Below are positions 48,491 through 62,699 of a DNA stretch of 64,000 nt, piece by piece. Position numbers and translations under genes: made by a program. Below the pieces are notes generated by a model. That model worked only from the letters and a program-made list of their open reading frames with translations, was not told the DNA's origin and searched no databases. The stretch's first letter is position 1, and each line of letters begins with the position of its first letter. This DNA comes from Eukaryota sp. TZLM1-RC (Eukaryota; Protista; Metamonada: BaSk clade): contig JAUPSS010000006.1 of the NCBI GenBank assembly GCA_040285825.1, positions 1,460,070-1,524,069 of the forward strand. Reading direction: 5' to 3'.

Positions 48491-49773
48491 AAAAGAAGCA
48501 ATAACTTCATATTATTTTTAGACTTACATAGTCAGCCTCTGATTATTCTGTCTATAAAGTTCAAGAATCCTGTTATTGACGTAGCACAATCTAAATAACC
48601 TAGACGACCCTCGGATATTAGGTTTTGAATCTTCTGTCCAAGCCGATCGATCGGATATTTTTACACCCTTCAGAAACTGTAAACATTACAGATATCCTTT
48701 CAAGATATTCTTTGAAACCCAACTCACTTCATTCTTGGTGTAGTTCTTTCAGTTCATTCCCTCTACTTTCGTATCATCCATATAATGTGTCTCTGGTATA
48801 ATCACTCTTTTTCTTGATCATTCTCTTGATGTGTCTCGTGCTTATTTCAACAAGAAAGATACTTGATATTCACCACCATCGTTCTCCACACTGTATTCTA
48901 CTTTTACTTCAAATTCATACCTGGGACATTCAGTTTTCCATTCCACACCTGTATTGTCAGCAAACTTCATTATACATTTCATTGACCTTAGCTTGCTGAT
49001 TTTTCATCACATTTGCACCCTCTATTCCCTTATGATTACCCCATATGATTTCCGACAACTGGGAGTTGAACCCACAAACATTGGGATTTCTACTGTTAAT
49101 TTGTTGGAGGTGGTGGTATTTGAACCTAGAACATGGTTTTGAGTGGAAATCTTTATTCTTATTTATTATTTATTTATTATTAAACTAACTAAAAATTTCT
49201 CATGAAGGATGATTTTTCGCTGGTTTGGGTTTTAGTTAATTATCATGTTTTTACATGTAAATGATATAATTTTCACCATTAACCTTAAGTTGGTTGATTG
49301 AACACAATTTAAACTTGAAATTTACTCAATGCCAAAACTTAAGGTTCAGATGATCTAGATGATGAAGTTAGTGATGAAACATTAAGACCCTTGTTACAAC
49401 TAATGTTGGCTTTGATGATGTAGTTGTTGTTTGTTATTCAAAATGCTATTGTAGGGTTCCATTCATCATTATTATTATTTTTCAATTTGAGAGTCTCCAC
49501 CAAATATTGAGAGTAATTCTTTATTTTGAGTTTCTATTGATAAACACATAAACGACTAATTAATCATCAATCATTCTGTTTTTTAACTGTTGTAAGATGA
49601 TTATGGTCAAGAAAGACCTGATTACGTGTTTCTGTATAGTCTACATGTTTTTGGATTTTTGATGTTTGTTGACAACAACCTTTTATGTGATTTAACTAGT
49701 CTTAATATAGTCTTATTAATATATTTATATATGATTTTATAACTAATCATTTAAATAATTACTTTTTCGAAAA

Positions 49774-52700
49774 ATGAAAAAATGTGAAGCACTGTTATTA
49801 TGGTGCAAGACAAGTCTGGTTTTTGTTTCCAAACATTGTGTTAAGGACAACTACCATGTGAATACAGCAACTTCACAATTATTAGAAGATTTTTGTGAGA
49901 AAAACGTCTGAGTGAATATTTTGAGTTTTTATCAATTCTATGATTAGTTTTTATGATTAACATACCTAATACTTCAGTACTGACAATTTGTTACAAAGGG
50001 TCAATGGACTGAGAAGAATTATTTTCCGATTGTGAAGGCTGTTTACATTATCTTGCACAGTGAAGAAACTGTTGAGATAGAGCCTTTGAAAACCAAGTTA
50101 GCTGACCTCCTAGTCTCTCTTGATGGGAAGCCTACCCTTATAAAATTAATCTCATTAGTGCCATGTCCTACTATTTAAATTTCGTACCAGATTTTCGTGT
50201 TCATTATCTCTTTGATATAGCCTCGAAAAAGATCTTATTTGGATGATAGAGTTCTTCGTTAGTGACAAGCGCTTAATGATCAAGAATACAATTCCTATGC
50301 TCTACAAAAACCTTATACAAACTTACTTCAGTCGCATTGAAAAATAGGCCCGTTCATTTTCGAGACCTTGATAAAAGTCAAAAAGCCCATTTTCTGAAAA
50401 ATTTTCCTTCAGTTTTTGCCCAAATCAGTTTCTGAGACCCGTGGGTGTGCTGTTTTTGTTCAATTCGGAGGAATTCACATCAATATTGCAACAGTATTCT
50501 CATTTTTGTTTACAATTTGTTTGCATATCCGTTTGTAACGTATTTTGATACGGCATCTGAGTCGTTATTTAGTACTTATGAAGCACAACTTGTTCAGTTA
50601 TCAAATATTAAAGCTGCACTACATGTTTCAGCCAGGGAAGATATCAATTGTGCTCCTAGTCAAGTTTCTCCTATTAATGGTAAACCTTGTTATGTTTATA
50701 AGATGGATGCAAACTTTAATATGCGTAATTTAATCAAATTTCATTTTGTCAATTATCAAACCTAATTTTCAATTTGTTAAATACTTACGATCCCATTGTC
50801 GATTACCGCTTCCCTTTTAAACATGCGGCTCTCAATGGGCCTAATCAACATCTCTCGTCATTAATTTTCAACCTTTCGTCAGCGACGAAGATGCACTTCA
50901 AGCTCTAGAAATTTTTTTCAAGGAGGTAGGGTACATCCAAGCCTTTTTTCTTATGAATGTGATCATTCAGTTCCAGTACATTCTGGAATGAAAAGACATT
51001 TGCCAAGAATTTAGCGACTTATCACCAAAAGGAAAAATATGTTACTTGCGTCCAACGGAAATCACCGTGTATTGGACTAACAACTGCTATTTATTTTTGC
51101 ATTATCGAAATTAAAACAATGTGGTTTTGTTATCAATTGGAGAAATTTGTGTCTGATACCCTGGACAAAGTATATGAAAGTCTTATCTATATTAACAGTG
51201 TAGTTCTATTTTTGTAAGGATTTGCCGTTGAACAATGTACACAAACTCCATGGAATACACTTAGCCAGAGACACTTTGAGTTTTTCATTTGGTGTACATT
51301 GGAAACAAGTTACTGGCCTTGAAAGAAAGGATGTTTCTGATACAAAAATACACGTATGAAATGAATCTTTATAGAGACAATTTTATTTCTACTTTGAACA
51401 AACGTTGTGATCAATTAAACAAAAAAACTAGGACTGATATGTTGAAAAAGATTTCTTTATATATAGGAATTGCATTATTTAAGAAGAATTTTTCCTTAGC
51501 TGAGACTACGTTAAGAGTTTGCTCGATTCAATGTGGAAGAAACTGAACGATCGAGATAAAGGACTATTTCTATTTTTTATTGTCTTGTTTTCGGTGACTG
51601 GGAAATCAGAACAATTTCCCCTTTGATTTATTCACTTCGAAAGATTTTCATTCTAATTTTGAAAAAGTTGCCTTGTTTTTAACAGAATTATTCTCCTGCT
51701 GTTGAGCTGGTACAGGTCTATTTTGTATAAATAGAACTGTTGTGAAATAATTTGTTCTTCTTCAACCAACTCTGGCGAATCAACTATTATGAATGCTTTT
51801 CGTCTCTTTGGGATTCTGGAAGCGAAGCATGGTTTCATTCTCTGTTTTTTTATAAAGGTTATTCGAAAGTTATTTCTTAATCGAAGAGGTAAAAATTAAA
51901 AATTCAACCAAAAGATGCTTTTTGATCTCTATTTTAATCCGATGTACTAGCGAAAAATCTTCCTTCAGAATTATTATATAGTCAGCTTTAATGTTCTGTT
52001 TTTGAAAAATTTGTGCAAAAGAGGATTCGAAGTTGAAAAACTTATAGATGAAGCCATTTGTATTTTTAACAACAGTGGCAAAATTGTTGAAAAATTTGGA
52101 GATTACGATGTGCCTGAAGGTTTTGTTAAAGAACGTCAAATTTCTCAGTTCTTCACTATTCTAGGGATACATTCCGTTATTTTGCTCAAAAATTTGCATT
52201 CCAGGAGAGCACACTGTTTGGATCTCTCGTTGATTTCCTATCAACAGGCATTGGCTGAGGATTCCGGTCTACTTTTGCAGCGCATGGATTTTTATTGACA
52301 TATTGTTGTTGTTATTTTTCGGGTAGAAATGATTTGGCTAACCGTTTTTCCACCAGCGAGTATCTCACACATGAGTTATTTATTTCTTTAGTTGAAAAAT
52401 CTGTGATTCCGTCCTTCAATTTGATCATGGTTTACGAGTATGGGAGCACTTGCTGTCTCACAGTTTTGAAGCATTGTCTGATGATGAGCAACTAGCAGTT
52501 GGTAGAATATGGTCTTTTTCTTCATAAGTAAGATGTTATCTTTTGACGATCGAAATTTGGTTTGGGATAATGATACTGCTGTTGAGTATATCAAAATTCC
52601 TCAATCGCGACTATTGTTGCAACATGATGAAGATGATGATAATTCAGATTGTTTTTACATTGGCAACTGTTGTGGGGAGAAAGACCACCGAAATCTATCT

Positions 52701-53140
52701 TTAGAGGCAGCTACTCTGTTTCTTTTACGGTGAAACTGATTGTGAATCTGTATTTTAATAATTTGGAAGATGTTTTCACTAGTAGTAGTAGTAAAAACTG
52801 TACACTAACCACAATGCTCCAATTATATTTTTAAGCCTGATTTATTCCGATCCAAGAATTTCAACATTGTTCTTATTGATGACCAATTTATAAATCAACA
52901 ACTCCTGTTATCTTGAACTAAGAGATTCCAAATATAGGCTGTGTAAGGCACAGCAGGATTCTATACATGTTCATGCGCTGCGTTGACCAAAGACAGTGTA
53001 GGCAGCATGAATGTGAGAACTTATCAAATGACCAATTGCCCGTCACAGTATTTTGTGATTCAAATGCTATTATTATTTTCTCCAAAAATAAACCCTACCT
53101 TAAAATTTCACCAAAAACCCTGGGTGATTGTTTATTACAT
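49774..53140 (+). CDS. SAMD9-like gene, copy 10 (full-length H-type; declining sequence quality)
   Basis: Same module order and sequence as copy 8. ORF 51289..51546 shows IGIALFKKNFSLAETT. Confidence 0.5.
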
Positions 53141-53307
53141 ATGAGTCTATTTAAAAAGCTTAGTTTTTGTTTATATTTGAAAAACCCTGCTGTTTTCACA
53201 ACTTCCCACTGTTTCAGAACATATGCATGAACCATTGCGAATGAGTTTTCATCGGTTACGCTATCTCTATATTTGTTGTTATATGTTGATAGACTATTTT
53301 GTGCATA

Positions 53308-53616
53308 AATATGTTTGAACATTCCTATTGATCAATTATCACTAAAAAGTGTATTCAAATTACCACAGCTCACTTTTGCATCATGCTCTTGAATTGTTCG
53401 GAATTGATAACTGATTGTTCTTCATAACATGATGCTGTTAGAGGCACTGTGTTCAATATGGCATGAACTGCCTGAAATCTGGTGTATTAAAGAGCCTCTG
53501 GGTGAAAGATGAACTGTCATTGAATATTTTTAGTTGATGACAGGGGTGATATATAATGCGATAGGGTTGCGACTCCTGAAGCTGCTGTTGACGTTGTCTT
53601 CTGTAATGTGCCAAAT
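53308..53616 (+). mobile_element. Decayed CRE-like Zn knuckle/RLE fragment (copy)
   Basis: Near-identical to 4770..5075. Confidence 0.7.
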
Positions 53617-54217
53617 GAGGTAGTGTCAATTTGAATTTTTATTAAGTGTTGTAGTTCAATAAAAACAATTCAATTATGTAAGGAGGTTGAAAACAATTTT
53701 CTTCTTTATTGTTACAAATATTTGTTTGATGAAACTCTTTTTGAGGAAATTCAGCAATTGACACATGGTTATAAAACACGAGATCACAATCCATGAATAA
53801 ATTGATTTGTTGATGCATTCATCTTAATGAATGTTTAGTGGAATTACTTCTTTATTAATTAATACTAAGTAATATTTTTATGTAGTTTCCATTTTACAGG
53901 ATTATAAAGATTGACTGGAGTTTGCCTCAGTGGGTTTTTCTTCAGTGATAAAACATAATTCATTTTTGAGTCAAAAATCAAAAATATTTCGTGTATTTCA
54001 GTACCCAGACTTGAAATAGCACTCAATTTATTGAACCAACATTCCCTGTGTTTTTGAAAATGAACTGAGAGAGAATGAAACACAAATTTCAAATTATAGT
54101 CATTTTGATGAGCATCAGCACTTTGAATGAGTAAATCGTATATGTAATTACGGGTAAAGTACTTTCAAATAATTATTTTAAAATGAATTAACGTTTAAAG
54201 ATTACGGTTAACTGTAG

Positions 54218-54836
54218 AACATCTTCAATTTAGATTTTAAGAATGCTTTCAATTCTGCATCTCGTTCTTCCATTTTACCCTTGCTGCAAAAGCATTTTCC
54301 CGAAGTTGGCCTTTTTCTATTCATTTTATGGAAAATCATCCACATTGGTCTATGAAAACTTTGACCTGTTTTCGTCTTCGTGTGTTAAACAAGGTGATCC
54401 ACTTGGGTCTTTTTCTTTTGTCTGGCAATTCATCCATTAATGTGTGAGATTGAAAGAAAAATTCTGCAGAAATAGATATTGTAGCATATATGGATGAGCA
54501 TTTCTGTAATTTTAACGCCGAAAAAGAAGATATATGAAGAACCTTTTGGCATTAGTGAGTGGAACATGTGAAATATCAGTTTGTGCCGTTTGCACTTTCT
54601 CTTTGGCAATATTGACCTTTCAGGGTTGCACATCTTTTTGAAAATTTCAAGTGTTACTGAAATAGGTCTGGTAAAACAATAAACTCACTTTCTGGATAAA
54701 TAGAATTGTTTTCTGCATTTTCAAGTCTATTCCAACATTGATTTCAAAGGCGCTTAGCTATTGGTGTAGAATATGAACGTAATGCTGAGAGTATGGTTCA
54801 GTATAGTACGCTTGTTTGGAGGATATTGAATTCTAG
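54218..54836 (+). mobile_element. Internally deleted CRE-like RT/RLE element (copy)
   Basis: ORF 54243..54440 (FYSFYGKSSTLVYENFDLFSSSCVKQGDPLG). Confidence 0.8.
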
Positions 54837-55637
54837 ATGGTTTTTATCCTCAATACTTTCCAGTTTAAAAATAAATTAAAGCATTATAAAAATGTTTTTA
54901 TAGAACTATTTACAATATTAATCACAGAGTGATATCAATACATTCCTCTACTACTGATACTGAAAGTTTTGTTTTTGAACTGGTCCATCTCAAAACAGTG
55001 ATCAGTTGGTGCTACAATTTTGTTATGGTTTTGTGTACTGTTGCCAGCATAAATTTTGCTTATTAAAAGACGGCTTTAACCTCAAAGCGAAATTGTGCCA
55101 ACATATATATTAATTGAGAAACAGAATTATGTATATGGGTTGATGAAAAATTCGTCCAGTATTTCCTCAAATGAGAGATATTTTGTTCAATAAGTACTGT
55201 ACATGCTGTAATAAATATGAATATGATATACTATATATAATAATTATTGTGCACCTTTTCGCTAATCCAAATGTCTTTAATATAGAGTCTTGGATCATAT
55301 GTTTTGCGTTATTTATTGAGGCTCAATCAATCAACACAGCTGCCCGTCTAGTATGGGAAATACATATGGTTTTATCGCTCAAATACAAAAACGCACTGAT
55401 CAGAAAATCGAGATGTACGTGACCACTTTCTTTGGAGAAGATTCTCCTAAATCATTTGAAAATTGAGATCTAAAAATGGCCGTGTTCTTCCTGGATGCCT
55501 AGAAGCATCTTGTTCAGTTCTTCAACCGCTTATTCTTCCTCGTAAGGTTTTAACTGCACTATTTTACTGAGTCTTTCGTTTCCTTTTTCAATGGTCTGAT
55601 CATTCTGAAAGCAGATGAATCGAATTTCACTGAGTAC

Positions 55638-57033
55638 TGTTATCTCTTTGACCATTTTTGGAAATCGTCAGTCTCGCTTTCATCTGATAATCTTTCCATT
55701 TATCGAAAAATAGGAAAGCAATAAAACCAGCTGTGCATTTCTATCAAACACATTAGCGCCTCCTCGAGTATCTGTATCATATTTTCTCATGTCTTCTGCT
55801 TTTAAAACTCAAGAACACTTCTACAGGACCAAGTTTTCCTCGTGGAACAACAGTATCATTTGCATCATTTACATGAGACAAAGTCAAAAGAAGTAGCTTT
55901 CAGAACTATCAATCCAATCACAGTATACAGCAACTCTTTATCACCACAAGCAAAATAATTCTGAGAACGTGTGTTTGCTTTGGCAGAGAGGCTCTTTGTT
56001 ACACGATGATGTCGTACAGTTTTGTGCTATATTGAAAAGGAGGTCTCTGGCAGGATCATGTAATGGAAGAACGATACAGTTATCAATTTAGACAGGTCGA
56101 GCATGGCAGCAAAAGTGAGTTGAGGTGAATTCGGAACAAATACATCTTTTGATAATAGTTGATTAATGGGGATATTCAAATATAATCATCTTTATTACAA
56201 ATGCATCATTAGTAACGAGTCAAATCTTGTGGTACAATTTTACAGTACAGAAGATATCTGATGACTGGCATTCACAAACACCCTTTTCCAATAACAATGA
56301 GTGAAGATGATTTAAAACAGCCGAGCTGCATATATATATTATAAGGATCAGTTTCATACATTCAGTCAATCGTTTCTAAAATGTTCGAGTGTATTTTAAA
56401 TTTAATGGATTCTTTTCTAGGAATATTGCAATGCAATGATGGAAAGCATCAGAGCTCATTTTCTACATCAATTTTGAAATTTCTTTATTTAATACAGAAA
56501 ACAGTAGAACTTTGCGTTGTATCCCGATCTGCAAATATTTCGGAAAATAAAGATTGCGTGCATCAATAAAACACACGAAGTCAGAATAGAAGCCCTCATC
56601 CAGCAAACCCGCCATAATGTGGACTAAGGTAGCATGGTCCTGGAATTTAGAACATTTTACATCCCAGAAGTGACAAAACATTTACCTAACTCATCAAACT
56701 TCTGAGCCAAAGGCCCTAGTGGAAAGAAAGTTTTAGATCAAATATGATTGAAGTTGGAATTACACAGTCTTCTAATAGTAGGTAGGTATGTCTCCTGTAC
56801 ATCTGTAATTCATCATTCGGTCAATTGTGGAAGTGAGTTCAACTTTTAAACATGGTAATGTCATCATTATTTCTAAAAGAAACAATTGGAAATGACGAAT
56901 AGCATCAATTGAATTATAATTCGGCAATTATAATTATAATACAGTTTGAACAACATCATGATTTTGAAGTAAATTTATTAGTCAAATGTTGATATTCCTT
57001 TGTGCTATTTTACAAGAAATCATAAGGTATTTC
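55638..57033 (-). mobile_element. Inverted CRE-like fragment (low-quality copy)
   Basis: Same sequence as 7168..8640 with many indels. Confidence 0.75.
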
Positions 57034-57541
57034 AATCTGTTCATGTTACTGCAGTGTCATTGTTTTGCAAATGGTTGTTATCTCAACTTCAATTCGGGTA
57101 TTAAATAGAATTAGTTTTGTCAATTTAAACAATTTTAAATTTAAGTGTTGTTGTGGTTAATAATGTAATTCGAATTATGTCTGGAGGTTGAAACTTTCTT
57201 ATTGCTACATATAATTGTTGGGAAACTCTGCGAAATAATAAGCTGAGATGAGATGATGATGCAAGGGATTTGTATTTGATGTAGGAGTTGGACGATGACT
57301 ATCCGTAACTGTTGGTGATTGTACCAGTAACTGGGCGTATTCTGAGCTCCAACCCGCAACAACTTCCACATTACTGGGCACAGAATCTAACCTCAAAACA
57401 AATAAAACTGAATATTTTGACCACTTTCTCATGAGAGAAGATTTCTAAATCATCTAATCAATTGAGAATCTTCAGTTTCCAATTTTAAAATTGAAAATGC
57501 AATTGGAACAAATTTTATGTTCTGTCCTGCTGTCAGCATAG

Positions 57542-57798
57542 AAAGTCATTCAAAATTGCACTGGTTTAATTTCTCAGCAACCAAGGCTATTCGGTCTTCA
57601 CCTAACAAATGAATCTTGAAAACAAACATGCGTGAGATCAGACTGTATCAAGTGGACTTTTGAATGTTGCTTTGTATTTTCACCGTCTGTCATTCCGTCA
57701 TGTGTGAGTTGTAGCTAATATCGGCCAGTTCTTTATAATGCTGTTCGTAGATCCTAAAGAGTATTCACAGTTTGGGTTTGTACATTAAGAGTAGACAC
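57542..57798 (+). mobile_element. CRE-like linker/Zn knuckle fragment (low-quality copy)
   Basis: Similar to 9203..9490. Confidence 0.6.
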
Positions 57799-57999
57799 TG
57801 CAGCCACCAAAATGCAAAATAAGCTTTCAGGATGAATTAACTCAACTGTTGAGAAAACTTTGTGTGGAATTCTGGGTACTCTAGAAAGTGCAATGATTTC
57901 AGAATTATTTGCTCAGTATAATCTCAAAAGGCTGTTTGAGACTTTCAGGAATTCAGTGTCTAACGTAAGAAAGAAGAATGAATACGTATAACAAAGGAT

Positions 58000-60900
58000 A
58001 ACTATGTTGTGATGAGGCTGATGATGCTTGATAAACTGTACCACTACAAAGAATGCATCATTGAATATGTACCCTCACTTCAGTAGTTTTCTTCAGTACC
58101 TGGGCAAGACCACTAGATCTCAAAGATCCCAGCCTCAATCAATATCAAGCACATTTGAATCTACCCACAGAATGGCACTTTCCCTTCACAATCTGTGGGT
58201 CTTCATATTCACTTTGAATCCTTTGTCTGAGAGAACAACATAGCTGTTTACATTATCTTTATAATTAAGAATCTGTTGAGACCAGAGCCTTTCCATCAAG
58301 TTAACTGACCTCCTAATCCCTGATTATGAAGCCTTACCCTTATAAAATTAATCATTAGCCATGTCCTCTATTTGAATTTCATTACCAATTTTCGTGTTTC
58401 ATTATCTCTTTGACCATAGCCTCAGATCTATTTAGATAAATGTGAGTTCTTCGTTGAAGTAACCTGATGCTTAATAGTCAAAGAGCTCTAATTCTATCTG
58501 CTCTACAAAACATATACAAGCACTTCGATCTAGCATTGAAAATAGTCTGTTCTTTTCAGTGATGAAAGTCAAAAGCCCAGTTTCTGACAAATTTTCCTTC
58601 AGTTTGCTTAAATGGTTTCAGAGACCCGTGGAGTGTGCTGTTTTATTCAATTAAGGAGAATTCACATCAATATTGTTTCATATTCTCATTTTATTTTACA
58701 ATTGTTTCATATCCATTTTATGTGTTTTGATACGGCATCTGAATTATTTAGTATATGGCTTTGCTTGTTGATTATCAAATATTAAGCTTTCTTTTCATGT
58801 TTCCAGCCAGGGAAGATATCAGTGTGCTCCTAGTCAAGTTTCTCTAAGTAATGGTAACCTTGTTTATAAGATGGATCCAAACTTTATGCCGCAAATTTAG
58901 TAATTTCATTTTGTCAATTATCAAACTAATTTTCAATTCAAATGCACTTACGAATCCCATTGTCGATTACCGCTTCCCTTTTAAACATGCGGCTCTCAAT
59001 GGGCCTAATCAACATCTCTCCGTCGTTAATTTTCAACCTTTCGCCAGCGACGAAGATGCACTTCAAGCTCTAGAAAATCAAGGTAGGGTACATCAAGCCT
59101 TTTATGAATGTGATCATTCAGTTCCAGTACATTCTGGAATGAAGACGTTGCCAAAAGAATTTAGCGACTTATCACCAAAAGGAAAATATGTTATACTTGC
59201 GTCAACGGAAATCACCGTGTATTGGACTAACAACTGCTATTTATTTTGCATTATGAGGAGTAAACAATGTGGTTTGTTATCAATTAGGAGGAAATTTGTG
59301 TCGATGCGGACAAAGTATATGAAAGTCTTATCTATATTAACGGTGTAGTTTATTTTGTAAAAGTTTGCCGTTGAACAATATACACAAACTCATGAATACA
59401 TAGCCAGAGACACTTTGGTTTTCATTTGGTGTACATTGAAACAAGTTACCGGCCTTGAAAGAAAGGATTTCGATACATACACGTATGAAATGAATCTTTA
59501 TAGAGACAATTTTATTTCTACTTTGGACAAACGTTGTGATCAATTAAACAAAACTGGACGACATGTTGGAATTTCTTATATAGAATTGCATTATTTAAGA
59601 AGGTTTTCCTTAAGCTGAGACTACAGTTAAGGTTTGCTCGATTCAATGTGGAAGAAACTGAACGATCGAGATAAAGGACTATTTCTATTTTGTTGTCTTG
59701 TGGTGACTGAAATCCGTTTCCTTAGTTTATTTCACTTCTGAAAGATTTCCATTCTAATTTTGAAAAGTTGCCTTGTTTTAACAAATTCTCCCTGCTGTTG
59801 GAGCTGGTACAGGTCTATTTGTATAAATAGAACTGTTGCTGAAATAATTGTTCTTCTTCAACCAACTCTGGCGAATCGCTATTATGATGCTCGTCTTCTT
59901 TAGGATTCTGAAGCATGGTTTCATTCTGTATAAAGTTATTCGAAAGTTATTTCTTAATCGAAGAGGTAAAATTAAAATTCAACCCATTAACGATCTCTAT
60001 AATCCGATGTATAGCGAAAATCTTCCTTCAGAATTATTATATAGTCAGCTTCAATGTTCGTGAAAATTTGTGCAAAAGAGGATTCGAAGTTGAAAACATA
60101 GATGAAGCCATTTGTATAACAACAGTGGCAAAGTGTTGATTTGGAATTACGATGTGCCCTGTGAAGGTTTTGTTAAAGAACGATCAAATTTCTCAGTTCT
60201 TCACTATTCTAGATACATTCCGTTATTTTACTCAAATTGCATTCCAGGAGAGCACACTGTTGGATCTCGTTGATTTCCTATCAGCAGGCATTGGCTGATT
60301 CCGGGTCTACTTTGCAGCGCATGGATATTGACATATTGTTGTTGTTATCAGGTGAAAATGATTTGGCTAACCGTTTTCCACCAGTATCTCACACATGAGT
60401 TATTTATTTCTTTAGTTGATCGTTCCGTCCTTCAATTTGATTCATGGTTTTACAGTATGGGAGGAATTTTGCTGTCTCCACAGTTTTGAAGCATTGTCTG
60501 ATGAGCAACAGCAGTTGGTAGAATATGGTCTTTTGCTTCATAAGTAAGATCTTTTGACGATCAATTTGGTTGGGATATTGTGCTGTACTGAGTATATCAA
60601 AATTCCTCAATCGCGACTATTGTTTGCAACGTAATTGAAGATGATGATAATTCAGACTTTACATTGTAGCTGTTGTGGAGAAAAGACCACCGAAATCTAT
60701 CTTTAGAGCAACTACTCTGTTTCTTTACACGATTGAAACTGATTCTGTGTTAATAATTTGGAAGATGTCACTAGTATTAGTAGTAAAGGCTTGTACACCT
60801 TCTAATGCTCAATTATATTTTAAGCCTGATTTATTCCGATCAAAATTTCAACATTGTTCTTATTGATGACCAATTTATAAAATCAACAATCCTGTATCTT

Positions 60901-61117
60901 GAACTAGAGATTCCAAATATATAGGCTGTGTAAGGCACAGCGGGATTCTTCATGTTCATGCCAGCTGCGTTGACCAAAGACAGTGTAGGCAGCATGAAGA
61001 TGTTGAGAACTCTATCAAATGACCAATTGCCGTCACGGTATTTTGATTCAAATGTATTATTATTTTCTCATAAAGCCCTACCTTAAAATTTCTGCTGCTG
61101 ATTGTTTATTAAGGTAG
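58000..61117 (+). CDS. SAMD9-like gene, copy 11 (G-type; low-quality sequence)
   Basis: Carries G-type diagnostic bases (gaatctgttgag, cagtttctgac, ggatccaaa). ORF 58851..59348. Confidence 0.45.
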
Positions 61118-61270
61118 ATGAGTCTATTTAAAAGCAGTTTTGTTTATTTAACCCTGCTGTTTCACAACTTCTAATGTTTCAGAACATATGCATGAACCAT
61201 TGCGAATGAGTTTTCATCGGTTACCTTATCTTATATTTGTTGTTATATGTTATAGACTATTTTATGCATA

Positions 61271-61557
61271 AATATGTTTGAACATTCTAATGATCAATTA
61301 TCACTAAAAGTGTATTCAGAGTGCAACTCACTTTGCATCATGCTCTGAATTATTCCGGAATTGACTTGATTGTTCTTCATAACATGATGCTGTTAGAGGC
61401 ACTGTGTTCAATATGGCATGAACTGCCTGAATCTGGTGTATTAAGAGCCTCTGGTGAAAAGATGAACTGAATAGTTGATGACAGTGATATATAATGCGAT
61501 AAGGGTTTGCGGACTCTAAAGCTGCTGTTGACGTTGTCTTCTGTAATGTGCCAAAAT
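61271..61557 (+). mobile_element. Decayed CRE-like Zn knuckle/RLE fragment (low-quality copy)
   Basis: Similar to 4770..5075. Confidence 0.65.
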
Positions 61558-62128
61558 GAGAGATGGTTTTTTGTCAATTTGAATTTTATTAAGTGTTGTA
61601 GTTCAATAAAACAATTCAATTATGTAAGGAGAGTTGACAATTTTCTTCTTATTGTTACAAATATTTGTTGCAGAGCGAGAAATTCAGCAATTGACACATG
61701 GTTATAAACGAGATCACAATCCAGGAATAATTGGATTTGTTGAGTTGGCATTCATCTTAATGAATGTTTGGTGATACTTCTTATTAGTGTACTAAAGTAA
61801 TATGTAGTTTCCATTTTACAGGATTATAAGATTGACTGGAGTTTGCTCAGTTGGGTTTTCTGTAGTTATAAAAGCATAATTCATGAGTCAAATCAAAATG
61901 TTCTTGTATTTCAGTACCCAGACTTAATAGCCTCAATTTATTGAACCAACATTCCCTGTGTTTTGAAATGAACTGAGGAGAGAATGAAACACAAATTTCA
62001 AATTATGAGCCATTTTGATGAAGCATCAGCACTTGAATGAGTAAATCGTATATGTAATTACGGGTATGTTGCTTTCTAAATAATTATTTTAAATGAATTA
62101 ACGTTTAAAGATTACAGTTAGCACATAG

Positions 62129-62699
62129 AACATCTTCAATTTAGATTTTAGAATGCTTTCAATTCTAGCCTCGTTCTTCCATTTTACTGCTGCAAAGCAT
62201 TTTCCTGAAGTTGAGCCTTTTCTATTCATTTTATGGAAAATCATCATTGGTCTGAAACTTTGACTGTTTTCGTCTTCAGGTGTTAAACAAGGTGATCCAC
62301 TTGGTCCTCTTTGTCTGGCTTAATTCATCCATTAATTACGAGGAATTGAAAGATTCCCAGAAGCGTGTGTAGCATATATGGATGACATTTCTGTCAATTT
62401 TAACATGAGAAGATATGTAAAACTTTGGCAGTTGGTAGGTGGAACGTGTGAAATATCCAGTTTGTGCCGTTTGCAATTTCTCTTTTGGCAATAGTGAGGA
62501 CCTTCAGGGATGAAAATTTCAAAAGTGTTGCTGAATGGGTCTGGTAAATAATAAACTCCACTTTCTGGATCGTTGTCTGCATCAAGTCTATTCAACATTG
62601 ATTTCAAAGGCGCTTTTAGCTATTGGTGTAGAATATGAACATAATGCTGTGGTAGGTTCAGTAATAGTGACGCTTGTTTGGGAGAATATTGAATTCTAG
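62129..62699 (+). mobile_element. Internally deleted CRE-like RT/RLE element (low-quality copy)
   Basis: ggtgttaaacaaggtgatccacttggtcc and gcatatatggatgac are both present. Confidence 0.75.

Noticed and set aside
1-51000. Treating the many frameshifts as real pseudogenisation or programmed frameshifting
   Set aside because: They fall in A/T homopolymers and differ from copy to copy, which is typical of unpolished long-read consensus.
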